Below are positions 49,083 through 61,075 of a stretch of DNA of 64,000 bases, piece by piece. The notes under the pieces were generated by a model. It worked only from the letters and a program-made list of their open reading frames with translations. It was not told where the DNA came from and searched no databases. Source of the DNA: an uncultured Gammaproteobacteria bacterium. Its GTDB lineage: Bacteria; Patescibacteriota; Microgenomatia; Levybacterales; UBA12049. Numbering within the stretch: position 1 is the first letter of the stretch; the number at the start of each line of letters is the position of its first letter. A program made the position numbers and the translations under genes. Location of the stretch: NCBI GenBank assembly GCA_964571255.1, contig CAZNAA010000001.1:551674-615673 (forward strand), given 5' to 3'.

Positions 49083-49127
49083 AGCTTGGATTATAGAGCT
49101 TTCCTAATGAATTTTAAAGGAGAAAGA

Positions 49128-50075
49128 TTATTCTTTCTTTTTTAACTTAGCAATAAAAAACCCTTCATATACTTCTGAAGGAAGAATTCGAACCGTTTGA
49201 GAAAGAGAGGGGTGAAGAGTTTTTTTCTTCCATTCTGTTACGCCTTGAAGATGAGCAACATCTGGAAGAGAGATTGATTCAACTGAGATATCCGTTTCTT
49301 TTTCTAAAATCCAATTAATTACTTCTTCATTTTCCTCAGGAGACAAAGTACAAGTGGAATAAACAATCACTCCTCCTGGTTTTACGGCATTCACACTAGA
49401 TCTGAGTAAATATCTTTGTATTTTGGATAGTAGCTTACTTTTTTTAAGTGACCAATCTTTATAGGTATCCACGTCTCCTGAAATAAATCTTCCCTCCATA
49501 CTACACGGAGCATCAAGAAGCACTTTATCAAACTCATTTAAATGTTTTTTCCACAGAGTCTCTCCTGGTGATAAAACTAATCTAGTATTCGTTACTCCAA
49601 GAAGAGATAAGTTATGTTTTGTTTTAAATAGTCTCTCCCTACTTCTGTCATTTGCCAAAATCTCCCCTGTATTATGCATGAGGGCAGCTATTTGCGCAGT
49701 CTTACTCCCAGGAGCGGCAGTCAGATCCAAAATCTTTTCATCAATTCGTGGAGAAAGAATAACTCCAACTAACATACTGGAAACACTTTGGAAATAGAGC
49801 TCTCCATTTTTATACTCTTCAGTTTCTTGCAGTGCATGCTTTTCTCCTTTTTCGAGTAAAAAACCATCTGGATACCAAGAAAGAGAACTAAAAGAAAATC
49901 CTTTTTTTTCAAGAGTTACCAGAAGAGAGGAAGTATTGGATTTTAACGTATTAAACCGTACTCCAATTTTTCGAGGAGTAGTAAAGGAAGAATACACACT
50001 AGCTTTGTTTTTTTCAGGAATTAAAATATCAAGTTTTTCAAGAAAGGGAGAGGGAAGGAAAAGGGTGTCTGACAT
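49128..50075 (-). CDS. RNA cytosine-C5 methyltransferase, NOL1/NOP2/Sun (RsmB/RsmF) family
   Basis: SAM motif LDLTAAPGSKT. Catalytic DAPCS and TCT(L)SPEENE motifs. Confidence 0.75.
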   Translation of the reverse strand: MSDTLFLPSPFLEKLDILIPEKNKASVYSSFTTPRKIGVRFNTLKSNTSSLLVTLEKKGFSFSSLSWYPDGFLLEKGEKHALQETEEYKNGELYFQSVSSMLVGVILSPRIDEKILDLTAAPGSKTAQIAALMHNTGEILANDRSRERLFKTKHNLSLLGVTNTRLVLSPGETLWKKHLNEFDKVLLDAPCSMEGRFISGDVDTYKDWSLKKSKLLSKIQRYLLRSSVNAVKPGGVIVYSTCTLSPEENEEVINWILEKETDISVESISLPDVAHLQGVTEWKKKTLHPSLSQTVRILPSEVYEGFFIAKLKKKE

Positions 50076-50083
50076 ACAACCCG

Positions 50084-50413
50084 TTATTTAGTTTTCTTTT
50101 TTGTTACCGTTTTTTTTGCTGTTGTCTTTTTTGGAGCTTTTTTTTCAGTGGTTGTTTTTTTAGGAGAAGCAACAACAACACTTGCATCTAGTTTAGAAAG
50201 GGAAGATTTCATTCTTGCCGCTTTATTTTTATGAAGAATATGATTTTTTGCTGCTTTATCAATACTACTAAATGCAGCACTAATATCTTCTGCTGCTTTA
50301 GAAGTTTTTGCTGTTTTTACCAAAGAACGAAGAAGCGTTTTGAACACTCGATTCTTGTCAGTTCGTTTTTTATCTTGTCTTTGTTTTTTCTTTGCGTGTT
50401 TTAATAGTGGCAT
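50084..50413 (-). CDS. rpsT: 30S ribosomal protein S20 with a Lys-rich C-terminal extension
   Basis: HAKKKQRQDKKRTDKNRVFKT...HKNKAARMKS matches the S20 pattern. Confidence 0.7.
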   Translation of the reverse strand: MPLLKHAKKKQRQDKKRTDKNRVFKTLLRSLVKTAKTSKAAEDISAAFSSIDKAAKNHILHKNKAARMKSSLSKLDASVVVASPKKTTTEKKAPKKTTAKKTVTKKKTK

Positions 50414-50449
50414 GGGTGTATTTTAGCATGGTATACTTAAAATCGCAAT

Positions 50450-52108
50450 ATGACTAGCTTTTTCCACAAAGGACTCTCTCTTCTTCTAAAACGACAAACC
50501 ACAATTCTCTCCGCTGCATTTATCATTATGACCACTGTTATTTTCTCCCACATCTTAGGGCTTATCAAACAACGCCTTTTAGTAAGTATTTTTGGTGTCT
50601 CAACAGAATTAGGTATTTTTGAATATGCTTCTCTACTTCCTGAAACAGTATTTCAGTTAACGATTGCCGCCGCTCTCTCTAGTGCATTTATTCCTGTTTT
50701 TACCGACTATTTGGCAAAAGATAAAGAAAAAGAAGGACACAAGATGGCTTCCACTCTCCTTTTATGTGGCGTTCTGCTCTTCTCTCTTGTTTCACTTATT
50801 CTGATGATATTTGCACCTTTTTTCCTTTCCCTCTTTTTTAATTCAGGAAATAGATTTACTCCTGATCAAATAATTCTTATGAGTAATTTGATGAGGGTTT
50901 TTATTCTGGGACAAATGATTTTTGTGATTGGAACGTTTTTCTCAGCCCTGCTTCAGTCATATAATCAATTCTTTGTTCCAGGAATTGCCTTAGCTCTCTA
51001 TAACTTGGGAATTATTATTGGTGTATTTTTCTTCTCCCCTTTTGTTGGCATTTTCTCAGCTCCTATTGGTGTCATTATTGGTGCGTGTCTTTTTCTTCTC
51101 ACCCAAATTCCGAGTGCTCGGAACTTGGGATTCTCTTTTCTTCCTAGTTTCCATCAAGAAGTAATAGAGGGAATTAAAAAAATTGCTGTTCTTATGTGGC
51201 CCCGAACTCTTTCTTTAGTTATTTTTCAAATTGGAACTATTTCTATTGCCTTTTTTATCTCTTATTTGGCAGAACCCGGGCGAAGTATTAATATTTATAA
51301 TCTTGCCAAAACTCTCGCATTTGCTCCCGTTGCTCTTTTTGGACAAACCATTGCTCAAGCAGCCTTCCCCGTTTTATCTAGAGAAAAAAATAATATTTCT
51401 GCTTTTAAACAAACCTTTCTTGCTAGCTTTAATCACATGCTGTATATCATTTTACCAATTGCCGTTTTGGTACTAGTTCTTCGAATCCCGATTGTTCGCT
51501 TAGTATATGGGGCGGATAAAGTAGATTGGATGGCAACCGTTTCCATTGGAAGAACCCTTGCCTGTTTTAGTATTTCTATAGTGGCCCAAGCACTTATTGC
51601 TCTAACTCTTCGAGCCTTTTATGCTAGACACAATACCAAAGTGCCTCTCATTGTTGGAGGAATTTCAACCATTTTTATGGTGATTCTTGTTTCTCTTTTC
51701 GTAACAGTGTATCACTTTGGAGTTGAGAGTTTAGCAGTCGCTTTTACTTTGGGAACTTTAGTCCAACTAGGAATTCTTCTTTTTATTCTGGATAAACAAC
51801 TGGGGGGATTTGATAAGAAAAAACAGTTATCTGTTATGATCAAATTCTTCTTTATCTCAACTGCTACTGCATTTGCGTTGTATATTCCCATTAAACTCCT
51901 TGATCAATTAGTCTTTGATACCACTCGTACTATTAATCTTGTTTTTCTGACAGGAATTTCCAGTATGATTGGTCTTTCCATTTATCTATTCCTTAGTCGC
52001 TATTTAGAGATAGAGGAAGCACGAGTGTACTTGGAAACGATAAAGAGGGTGAAGAATATTAAAGAATTTTTGTATAAAGGTCCTGAAACCATTGAAGGAA
52101 AGATTTAA
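50450..52108 (+). CDS. murJ: Lipid II flippase MurJ (MviN)
   Basis: 14-TM MOP-family profile. N-terminal LGLIKQRLLVSIFGVSTELGIFEYASLLPETVFQLTIAAALSSAFIPVF. Confidence 0.75.
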   Translation: MTSFFHKGLSLLLKRQTTILSAAFIIMTTVIFSHILGLIKQRLLVSIFGVSTELGIFEYASLLPETVFQLTIAAALSSAFIPVFTDYLAKDKEKEGHKMASTLLLCGVLLFSLVSLILMIFAPFFLSLFFNSGNRFTPDQIILMSNLMRVFILGQMIFVIGTFFSALLQSYNQFFVPGIALALYNLGIIIGVFFFSPFVGIFSAPIGVIIGACLFLLTQIPSARNLGFSFLPSFHQEVIEGIKKIAVLMWPRTLSLVIFQIGTISIAFFISYLAEPGRSINIYNLAKTLAFAPVALFGQTIAQAAFPVLSREKNNISAFKQTFLASFNHMLYIILPIAVLVLVLRIPIVRLVYGADKVDWMATVSIGRTLACFSISIVAQALIALTLRAFYARHNTKVPLIVGGISTIFMVILVSLFVTVYHFGVESLAVAFTLGTLVQLGILLFILDKQLGGFDKKKQLSVMIKFFFISTATAFALYIPIKLLDQLVFDTTRTINLVFLTGISSMIGLSIYLFLSRYLEIEEARVYLETIKRVKNIKEFLYKGPETIEGKI

Positions 52109-52113
52109 TATAT

Positions 52114-52515
52114 CTACCTTTTTCTTGGCAATGTCACAGGAGACCTTTTAAGTATCAATATCTCATCCTTTTCAAACCTCTCTTGTATAGCTTGAGGACA
52201 GTTTCGATAAAGCCTTATCAAAGCTCTACAAATAAGACCTTTTGCAGCATTACCCTTTAATCCAATTACTTCTCCAACTTGATTTAACGTTGTTGGGTAA
52301 AAATAATATGCTCCAATAGCCTGTCTCTCTTTATCAGTTAATATAGCATCAACTCCACAATCATATGCCTCCTTCAAGAAAGCTAAAGTATAACTAGGAA
52401 TTCCATTCCCATTATAAAATCTATGTGGTTTGCGATCGGGGAGAAAGGAGGCATCTCTTTTAGTAGGTTCAAAAAGAAAAGACATTGGTAATTGTACGTA
52501 TTCTGCTGTTGGCAT
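52114..52515 (-). CDS. Hypothetical small protein with possible sigma-70 region-4/LuxR-like HTH
   Basis: LTDKERQAIGAYYFYPTTLNQVGEVIGLKGNAAKGLICRALIRL. Confidence 0.35.
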   Translation of the reverse strand: MPTAEYVQLPMSFLFEPTKRDASFLPDRKPHRFYNGNGIPSYTLAFLKEAYDCGVDAILTDKERQAIGAYYFYPTTLNQVGEVIGLKGNAAKGLICRALIRLYRNCPQAIQERFEKDEILILKRSPVTLPRKR

Positions 52516-52569
52516 TTCAAAAAATTCCGTATCGATGCTGGTTAATTTATATCTAGTTATTTACTAGTT

Positions 52570-54535
<1,966 letters not shown>

Positions 54536-54576
54536 AATCTCTTCAGTAAATATCAGTCGAATCTTTGGTCTGCTAA

Positions 54577-54605
54577 TTTATACAATAAGTTAGATAAAAT
54601 GTCAA
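54577..54605 (-). promoter_or_regulatory. Sigma70-like promoter for groES-groEL
   Basis: On the minus strand: TTGACA (54605-54600), 17-nt spacer, TATAAA (54582-54577). About 40-nt leader before the groES ATG. Confidence 0.45.
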
Positions 54606-54695
54606 GTCTTCTAGAGTGTGAGGCTAACGTAATTTCTTACGCTTGACAAGACTTCTTGAGAGACTATACGATACTATTATAGCTCAATCTGCCAT

Positions 54696-55898
54696 ATGAA
54701 TTTTAATGGAAGAAAATTATTACTTCTTGGATTTATTATCGTTCTTCTTGTAGGAATTCCGGCTACTCTTTTTTTAGTACAACAACAGCAAGAGACTCGG
54801 TCTCGAGCTGAAAAATCAACTACTCTTTCGATTACCCCAGAATCTACCTCAAAAGAGGTAGGACAAGCTGTTCCTTTGGACATTATGGTAAATCCAGGAA
54901 CCAACCTTGTTTCCTTTGTGAAATTAGAAATTACGTACGACGAAACCAAACTTTCTATTAATGAAAGTACTGGATTTGTTCCAAATGCAGGAGCTTTCCC
55001 TATTACCGTTGAAGGACCTGCTTTTACTCCAGGAAAGATTTTAGTTTCTCTCTCCATTGGAGCAAATACGACAGCTGCTATTAGTAATATAACTAAGGTT
55101 GGTACACTCAACTTTACTACCCTTGAAACAACGAGTGGTGGAACAACAACCGTTGGGCTTGGTCCACAAACACAAGTACTCTCAGCTGGTGCCAATGATC
55201 AAGCTAGTGAAGATACTCTCTCAACAACTGTTCCTGCTCGAGTAACAATTGGAGGATCTCCTGTTATTACTCCGTCAACTACAGTAACTCCATCATTTAC
55301 TCCAACTCCTACTGTCACTACAGCACCTAATTCTCCCACAGCTACTCCGACAACACCTCCCACGTTGACTCCAACTCCTACGTTGATTCCAACACCTACA
55401 TCTACACAAAGTGCTTCTACACCTAATCAACCACCTGTATGTAGTGCACTTAATCTAGATCGAGGGACAACAGGTACAGCTCCTTATTCTCTTACTTTTA
55501 CTGCTTTAGGAAATGATACCGACGGAACAATTACTCAAGCCAGCTTTAACTTTGGGGATGGACCAGTAACAAACGTCTCAACCGGAGGAGGCATTGGAAG
55601 CAAGTCAATTAATACTCAAATTGCTCATACGTATAATAATGCTGGAACCTATACTGCCTATGCTATTCTTACTGATAATAGCGGAGCAGTGAGTAATTTT
55701 AACACCTGTAAAACAACCATTACGGTAAACAGCGGAACTGGAGGATCTGGCTCAACAAGTGGAGGATCTTCTACTGGATCGACAGCGACTACTGCACCTA
55801 CTATTGCCCCAACTGGTCCAAGTACCGTACTTGTTAGTGCAGGAGCAGTCCTTGGAGCACTCTCTCTGATTGGAGCTTTCGTCTTCTTCCTTCTCTAA
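54696..55898 (+). CDS. Cell-surface protein: signal/TM, cohesin-like beta domain, PT linker, PKD domain, C-terminal hydrophobic anchor
   Basis: PTPTxxPT linker. PKD motifs FNFGDGPV...HTYNNAGTYTAYAILTDNSGA. C-terminal VLVSAGAVLGALSLIGAFVFFLL. Confidence 0.55.
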   Translation: MNFNGRKLLLLGFIIVLLVGIPATLFLVQQQQETRSRAEKSTTLSITPESTSKEVGQAVPLDIMVNPGTNLVSFVKLEITYDETKLSINESTGFVPNAGAFPITVEGPAFTPGKILVSLSIGANTTAAISNITKVGTLNFTTLETTSGGTTTVGLGPQTQVLSAGANDQASEDTLSTTVPARVTIGGSPVITPSTTVTPSFTPTPTVTTAPNSPTATPTTPPTLTPTPTLIPTPTSTQSASTPNQPPVCSALNLDRGTTGTAPYSLTFTALGNDTDGTITQASFNFGDGPVTNVSTGGGIGSKSINTQIAHTYNNAGTYTAYAILTDNSGAVSNFNTCKTTITVNSGTGGSGSTSGGSSTGSTATTAPTIAPTGPSTVLVSAGAVLGALSLIGAFVFFLL

Positions 55899-55921
55899 TC
55901 TCTTTCTAGTACAATTCAGCT

Positions 55922-56422
55922 ATGCACCAGACTACTGAACAATCCCTTTTACTAGACATTGTTTTGACCTGGAAAATTAGTGAAATCCCAGAATATAGAG
56001 GCTTTCGCTGTGCCAATTGCCAACAGTATAAAAACGAAGCTTGGTATCACTGGGTAGGTACTGGTGAGTATAAACTTCCCATTCATTTATGTAACGACAC
56101 GTGTGAAAATGCATTTAGAGAAAAGACTATCCACATTGATCAAAAGAAAAAACAGGTCGTAGATAGGGCATCTTTTGGGAAAATTTATACCTTTTCTCCC
56201 GTAGCAACTTCAAAATTTAGAGAGATTGTTTCTTCCTGGCCTGAAGATAAAAACCCTGAGCTTAAAGCATTTACCTGTGACTTATGTGAGAAAGACTTAG
56301 AGATAGATACAGATGGAGTACGAAAAGGCTATCATGTGTGGTGGAAGATGGATGACAGGAGAACTCTTGCTGAGCTACATTTTCATAGAACTTGTGCTGA
56401 TTCACTTGGAATTAATGAATAG
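55922..56422 (+). CDS. Cys/His-rich hypothetical protein (putative zinc-binding)
   Basis: CANCQ...C..C and CDLCEK...HFHRTC clusters. 166 aa. Confidence 0.4.
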   Translation: MHQTTEQSLLLDIVLTWKISEIPEYRGFRCANCQQYKNEAWYHWVGTGEYKLPIHLCNDTCENAFREKTIHIDQKKKQVVDRASFGKIYTFSPVATSKFREIVSSWPEDKNPELKAFTCDLCEKDLEIDTDGVRKGYHVWWKMDDRRTLAELHFHRTCADSLGINE

Positions 56423-56461
56423 TTATCTTGATGATTTCCACTTAAAAGAACTAAATTAATT

Positions 56462-58234
56462 TTACTTTCCTTCAAACATAGAAAATAGTGCTTCTTGAGG
56501 AATTTCAACTCTTCCTGATTCCACCATTCTCTTCTTTCCTTTTTTCTGCGCTTCAAGGAGTTTATCTTTTCGTGTTCTATCTCCCCCACTCATTTTAGCG
56601 AGTACGTCTTTTCTGTAAGGGGGGATTTCCTCACGAGCAGCAATATTTGTACCAATAATTGCTTGGATGACTTGCCTAAATTGTTGGCGGGGAAGAGATT
56701 CCTTCAGTTTTTCTGCTTTTTGTCTAGCAATATATTGAGCTTCATCTCGATACACAAGCTCTGATAATACATCAATTGAAACATCATTAATTCGAATCTC
56801 TAAATTCACAAGATCTGCTTCTCTATAATCACTTAACTCATAATCCATACTGGCATACCCACTCGATACTGTTTTCAAATCTGCAGAGAGGCCTCTAATA
56901 AACATAGTATAAGGAAGATCATAGCTAAGCGAGGCATAGGTATCATGATAGGCAATATCAAGTAACTCCCCTTTTCTTTTCTGACATAAACTCATCACCG
57001 CACCTACAAAGGTGGGAGGAACATAGATAGTTAAGAGCATAAATGGTTCTTTATACACCCCTAAATCGTCTTGTTCATAGAGTACTTGTGGCATAGTAAG
57101 AAGAAGATCTAATCCAAACTCTTGAGAAAGTCTCTCTTTAACAATTTCTGCATGAAGTAGTCCTAAAAAACCCACCCGAAACCCTGTCCCAAGGTAGGCT
57201 GAGTGCTCCTCAGTAAAAGAGAGGGCAGTATCATTTAATTCCAGTTTTCCCAGCGATTCACGAAGATGGGGAAGATCATCTGAGAATTTTGGATACATAC
57301 CAAAAAAGATCATGGGTTGAGGAGTTTTGTATCCAGGAAGTGCTTCAATAACTTCTCCTGAATCATTCAAAACAACATCTCCTTGTTTTTTATATCTCCC
57401 ATTCACTACAGTATCTCCCACTCGACACTCCCTAATATCTTTGAGATTCCCTACCAAATACCCAATTTGTCCTGTTTCTAATGTATCCAAAGAGGAGAGG
57501 TAAGGGGAAAAAAATCCCGTATCACTCACATCCGTTTTGACGTTGTTTTGATACATTTGCACTGATTCTCCTTTGGTGAGTTTCCCGTCCAGTATTCGAA
57601 CATAGGCCACGACTCCTCGATATTCGTCATATACTGCATCAAAAATAAGAGCTCTGAGTGGTTTCTCTTCACTCCCACTTGGAGGGGGAATCTTCTCAAC
57701 AATTTTCTCAAGAAGGGAAGGAACATTTTCACCCGTTTTAGCAGAGATGAGAAGAATCTCATCCTTGTGAAAGCCAAAAACTTCAACCAGTTCTTTAATA
57801 ACTCCCTCAGTTTGAGCTTGTGGTAAATCAATTTTATTAATAACGGGAATCATAACCAGTTTTTCTTTTTTAGCTGTCATAAAATGCGCTACCGTTTGTG
57901 CCTGAATCCCCTGAGTTGCATCGACTAAAAGGACTGCTCCTTCACAAGCGGCAAGAGTACGAGACACTTCATAGGAAAAATCAACGTGCCCTGGAGTATC
58001 GATGAGGTTTAGAGTATATTCACTCCCTCCTTGGAGATATTTCATTCTGACTGGTGCAAGTTTAATCGTGATTCCTCTTTTACGACTAATAGGATTTTGA
58101 TCTAAAAATTGCTCCCCTAACTTATCAATGGCAATCGTTTTTGTGATTTCAAGCATTCGATCAGACAGAGTCGATTTGCCGTGATCGATATGCGCGATGA
58201 TTGCAAAATTACGAATGAATTGTTGATTACTCAT
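56462..58234 (-). CDS. lepA: Elongation factor 4 (LepA)
   Basis: FAIIAHIDHGKSTLSDRML G1 motif. About 590 aa from the M at 58234; the ORF-track extension to 58285 lacks homology. Confidence 0.9.
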   Translation of the reverse strand: MSNQQFIRNFAIIAHIDHGKSTLSDRMLEITKTIAIDKLGEQFLDQNPISRKRGITIKLAPVRMKYLQGGSEYTLNLIDTPGHVDFSYEVSRTLAACEGAVLLVDATQGIQAQTVAHFMTAKKEKLVMIPVINKIDLPQAQTEGVIKELVEVFGFHKDEILLISAKTGENVPSLLEKIVEKIPPPSGSEEKPLRALIFDAVYDEYRGVVAYVRILDGKLTKGESVQMYQNNVKTDVSDTGFFSPYLSSLDTLETGQIGYLVGNLKDIRECRVGDTVVNGRYKKQGDVVLNDSGEVIEALPGYKTPQPMIFFGMYPKFSDDLPHLRESLGKLELNDTALSFTEEHSAYLGTGFRVGFLGLLHAEIVKERLSQEFGLDLLLTMPQVLYEQDDLGVYKEPFMLLTIYVPPTFVGAVMSLCQKRKGELLDIAYHDTYASLSYDLPYTMFIRGLSADLKTVSSGYASMDYELSDYREADLVNLEIRINDVSIDVLSELVYRDEAQYIARQKAEKLKESLPRQQFRQVIQAIIGTNIAAREEIPPYRKDVLAKMSGGDRTRKDKLLEAQKKGKKRMVESGRVEIPQEALFSMFEGK

Positions 58235-58316
58235 GCGTGTATTGTACCGGAATATAGTCCGTAGTGCAAAAATTTCAGCTTGCAAAAAAGGAATTCAATT
58301 GAGTATACTATCTCCT

Positions 58317-58949
58317 ATGAACAAACTGACAGTTGGAGTCATCATTTTAGTTATTCTTTTTATTGGAGTACTCATGTATAGTACTCGCCCCCCAGATACA
58401 TCTGTACAAGGAAATAGTAATAATGATATGATTACTCCTGTAGCTGGACAACAAAATCAGCAACAAGACGTTACACCTATGCCAACAGAAGATATTATTT
58501 CAGCAACAAGTGCCACTATCCAAACTCAAAAAGGAAATATTGTTATAGCTCTTTATCCATCAGATGCTCCAAAAACAGTAAGTAATTTTGCAACCCATGC
58601 AAAGAATGGCTATTATAACGGCCTTACTTTTCACCGCGTTGAACCTGGATTTGTGATTCAAGGAGGAGATCCAAGTGGCAATGGAACAGGTGGATACTCC
58701 ATTTATGGAGCAACGTTTGAAGATGAGCTAAATCCTCAAACCAAAAGTTATCAAGAAGGGTATACAGAGGGAGTGTTGGCAATGGCAAATAGAGGACCAA
58801 ATACGAATGGAAGTCAGTTTTTTATTATGCTAGCAGATAATCAGAGTCTTCCTAAAAACTATACTATTTTTGGGAAAGTAACTGAAGGAATGGACGTAGT
58901 TAAACAAATTATCCTTGGAGACAAAATGACTTCAGTTACCGTTGAGTAA
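58317..58949 (+). CDS. ppiB: Cyclophilin-type peptidyl-prolyl cis-trans isomerase, membrane-anchored
   Basis: TM anchor MNKLTVGVIILVILFIGVLMY, then FHRVEPGFVIQGGDP...GVLAMANRGPNTNGSQFFI. Confidence 0.8.
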   Translation: MNKLTVGVIILVILFIGVLMYSTRPPDTSVQGNSNNDMITPVAGQQNQQQDVTPMPTEDIISATSATIQTQKGNIVIALYPSDAPKTVSNFATHAKNGYYNGLTFHRVEPGFVIQGGDPSGNGTGGYSIYGATFEDELNPQTKSYQEGYTEGVLAMANRGPNTNGSQFFIMLADNQSLPKNYTIFGKVTEGMDVVKQIILGDKMTSVTVE

Positions 58950-58950
58950 T

Positions 58951-60186
58951 TCACTTAACTCCCTTTACTCCTTTAAAGGCATCTACCATTCCTGGAAATT
59001 TTCCTTCTACATATGGTTTATAGGTTTTTAAAAAGTTTGTTAAGAAACGCTGATAAAGCTTGTATATATCATTCTCATCGCTTACTAACTGACCTTTTTC
59101 ATTAGTCAACATTCCTCTTGTAAACAACTTCGTTAATACTGTTCCAAGATCATATCGATGGGCACCGTGACTAAGAATTCGTTGTAAATCATACGCTACT
59201 TCAAATTGTTTAATAGGACGATCTCCCAAAATTTCACCTTTCATTCCATCTAGATCAGTCAACACACCAGTTGTTAGCCAGTTTTGCGAATGAGCATTTG
59301 CAAATTGATGAATAACACCTAACTCTCCATGAAGCCGTCCATATGCATGTGCAAGTTGCTGAGGAAATTCTTCCATGATATACCTAAACGGATAATTCCC
59401 TTCATAGAGAAAGTACTCTGGAGATCTTTCTTCTAATTTTGCTCCCTCTCTTTCTTTAAAGTTATTAAAATCAATTGATCGATGAAGAATAGTCAGAAAG
59501 TCTACAAAATCTCCTTCAGCAAAGTCAGCAAAACGTTCAGAAACTTCTTTTCCTGAAATGAGTAATCCAAATCCTTCTTGCTCAATCTGCTTTCTGAATT
59601 GTTCTAATTGAGTTCTAGAGTAAAGATACATTCCTTGCTCATTCTCTTTTAAAGCTAAGTCACCAATCAGATATTCAATAAACTCCTTTATATCAAACTC
59701 CTCTCTATCAACACGAACACAAAGTAATCTTCTTGCATCAATCACCCAATCTGTCGGATATCCCTGCTGGAGTAATATACCAGATACTTTAGCTGCTTTC
59801 TCTACTTGGAGTAAGTCATAAAACCCATTTACTCTCTCAATTGTAGGAGGAGCATTTCTATTAGTTACAATCTCGGGAGTAAACCATGTACCTCCTTTTA
59901 CTACAATAGATGAAATCCAAGCATTACTGGGTGTTATATCTCTAGGCAACTTGAAAGGTTCACTAGCTAAAGGAGAAACAACTTCAAAAGAACGCCCATG
60001 TGCTTCAGTTGGAATTATTCCCCTCTGAGTTTTTTCTCCTTCTTTTAAAAATGAAGGTGCAATTGTGGCTAAACTCATTCGAGAACCAAGAACTGGATCG
60101 TCCAATACACTTCTTGACTCAACTTGAACCAAGGTGGTAGGAATAAACGTTTTACTTTCGGTCGGCATCCTCATATTATAGGGCAA
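58951..60186 (-). CDS. Hypothetical protein (possible protein-kinase-like/APH-like fold, unverified)
   Basis: 411 aa. YGRLHGELGVIHQ and GVLTDLDG loosely resemble the HGD and DxDG motifs of the kinase-like fold. Confidence 0.4.
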   Translation of the reverse strand: MPYNMRMPTESKTFIPTTLVQVESRSVLDDPVLGSRMSLATIAPSFLKEGEKTQRGIIPTEAHGRSFEVVSPLASEPFKLPRDITPSNAWISSIVVKGGTWFTPEIVTNRNAPPTIERVNGFYDLLQVEKAAKVSGILLQQGYPTDWVIDARRLLCVRVDREEFDIKEFIEYLIGDLALKENEQGMYLYSRTQLEQFRKQIEQEGFGLLISGKEVSERFADFAEGDFVDFLTILHRSIDFNNFKEREGAKLEERSPEYFLYEGNYPFRYIMEEFPQQLAHAYGRLHGELGVIHQFANAHSQNWLTTGVLTDLDGMKGEILGDRPIKQFEVAYDLQRILSHGAHRYDLGTVLTKLFTRGMLTNEKGQLVSDENDIYKLYQRFLTNFLKTYKPYVEGKFPGMVDAFKGVKGVK

Positions 60187-60247
60187 AATAAGGTAAAAAT
60201 CAATACTATGAGATATTAGTCAGGCTGATTTATGCTATACTCTTTTT

Positions 60248-61075
60248 ATGTTGTGGTTACTTCTTTTTCCTCTTACCCTAATTCTTCTTGCTCTTTTGGC
60301 TTGGAACAAGGGACGACTTATTGCTAACGATTACTCAATCCCTACTCTTTCCAAAAAATCCATTTATACCTTTAAGAAGCTTCTTATTGTCTATCCTCAC
60401 GCAGATGACGAGGTTTTAACCTGTGGAGGACTTACTCAAATTCTCTCAATGAAAAACATTCACTCCACTCTTCTTATCTTAACAATGGGTGAAAAAGGAA
60501 CACAAGATGCGCATTTATACTCTGCTCTTAAATCAATTCGAACAAAAGAAGCAAGAGAGGTAGCAAAACTCATAAAAGTACGTAAAGTGATTCAAGAAGA
60601 TATAGGGGATGGGCAAGTAAAAAAGAATAAAGAAATAGCTATGCGCATTATTAAAAGAACAATTGAGAGAGAAAACCCAGATTTAGTTATTACGTATGAT
60701 CTAGCTGGCATGTATGGACATGAAGATCATATTACAACATCCGAAATCACAACTGATCTCATACATACACATTTCCCCTCCATTACTCTTTGGTATGTAA
60801 CCCAGCCTAAAACGCTTATTGACTGTCTCAAGCTACCAGAACATATGGCCAAAGATAAAGAGTATTTCAAAAAACGCGCAGTACCAACACACAAAGTATA
60901 TATCGGACGAAAAATTTTGAATAAAATCAGAGGGGTATATGCATATAAAAGCCAGTTTGGCTCTTTCAAAAGAAGTAGACCAGTAAAATTCCTTCCCGTC
61001 TGGCTTCAATTATCCGTCTCTCAATACGAGTACTATATGACAGCTCATTCTCCGAGGACTACACTTCAAGAGTGA
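60248..61075 (+). CDS. PIG-L/LmbE family N-acetylglucosaminyl deacetylase, membrane-anchored
   Basis: LIVYPHADDEVLTCGGL (HxDDE motif). HEDH later in the sequence. Confidence 0.65.
   Translation: MLWLLLFPLTLILLALLAWNKGRLIANDYSIPTLSKKSIYTFKKLLIVYPHADDEVLTCGGLTQILSMKNIHSTLLILTMGEKGTQDAHLYSALKSIRTKEAREVAKLIKVRKVIQEDIGDGQVKKNKEIAMRIIKRTIERENPDLVITYDLAGMYGHEDHITTSEITTDLIHTHFPSITLWYVTQPKTLIDCLKLPEHMAKDKEYFKKRAVPTHKVYIGRKILNKIRGVYAYKSQFGSFKRSRPVKFLPVWLQLSVSQYEYYMTAHSPRTTLQE

Noticed and set aside
54536-54695. Perfect CIRCE (HrcA operator) upstream of groES
   Set aside because: Only a degenerate 6-7/9 match per half was found. Reported as a low-confidence finding, not as a feature.
54677-55195. 172-aa Cys-rich ORF antisense to the PKD surface-protein gene
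   Set aside because: It is the mirror image of the Thr/Pro-rich coding strand (ACx/GGx codons give Cys/Val/Pro on the opposite strand). No start context. The sense gene has clear domain structure.
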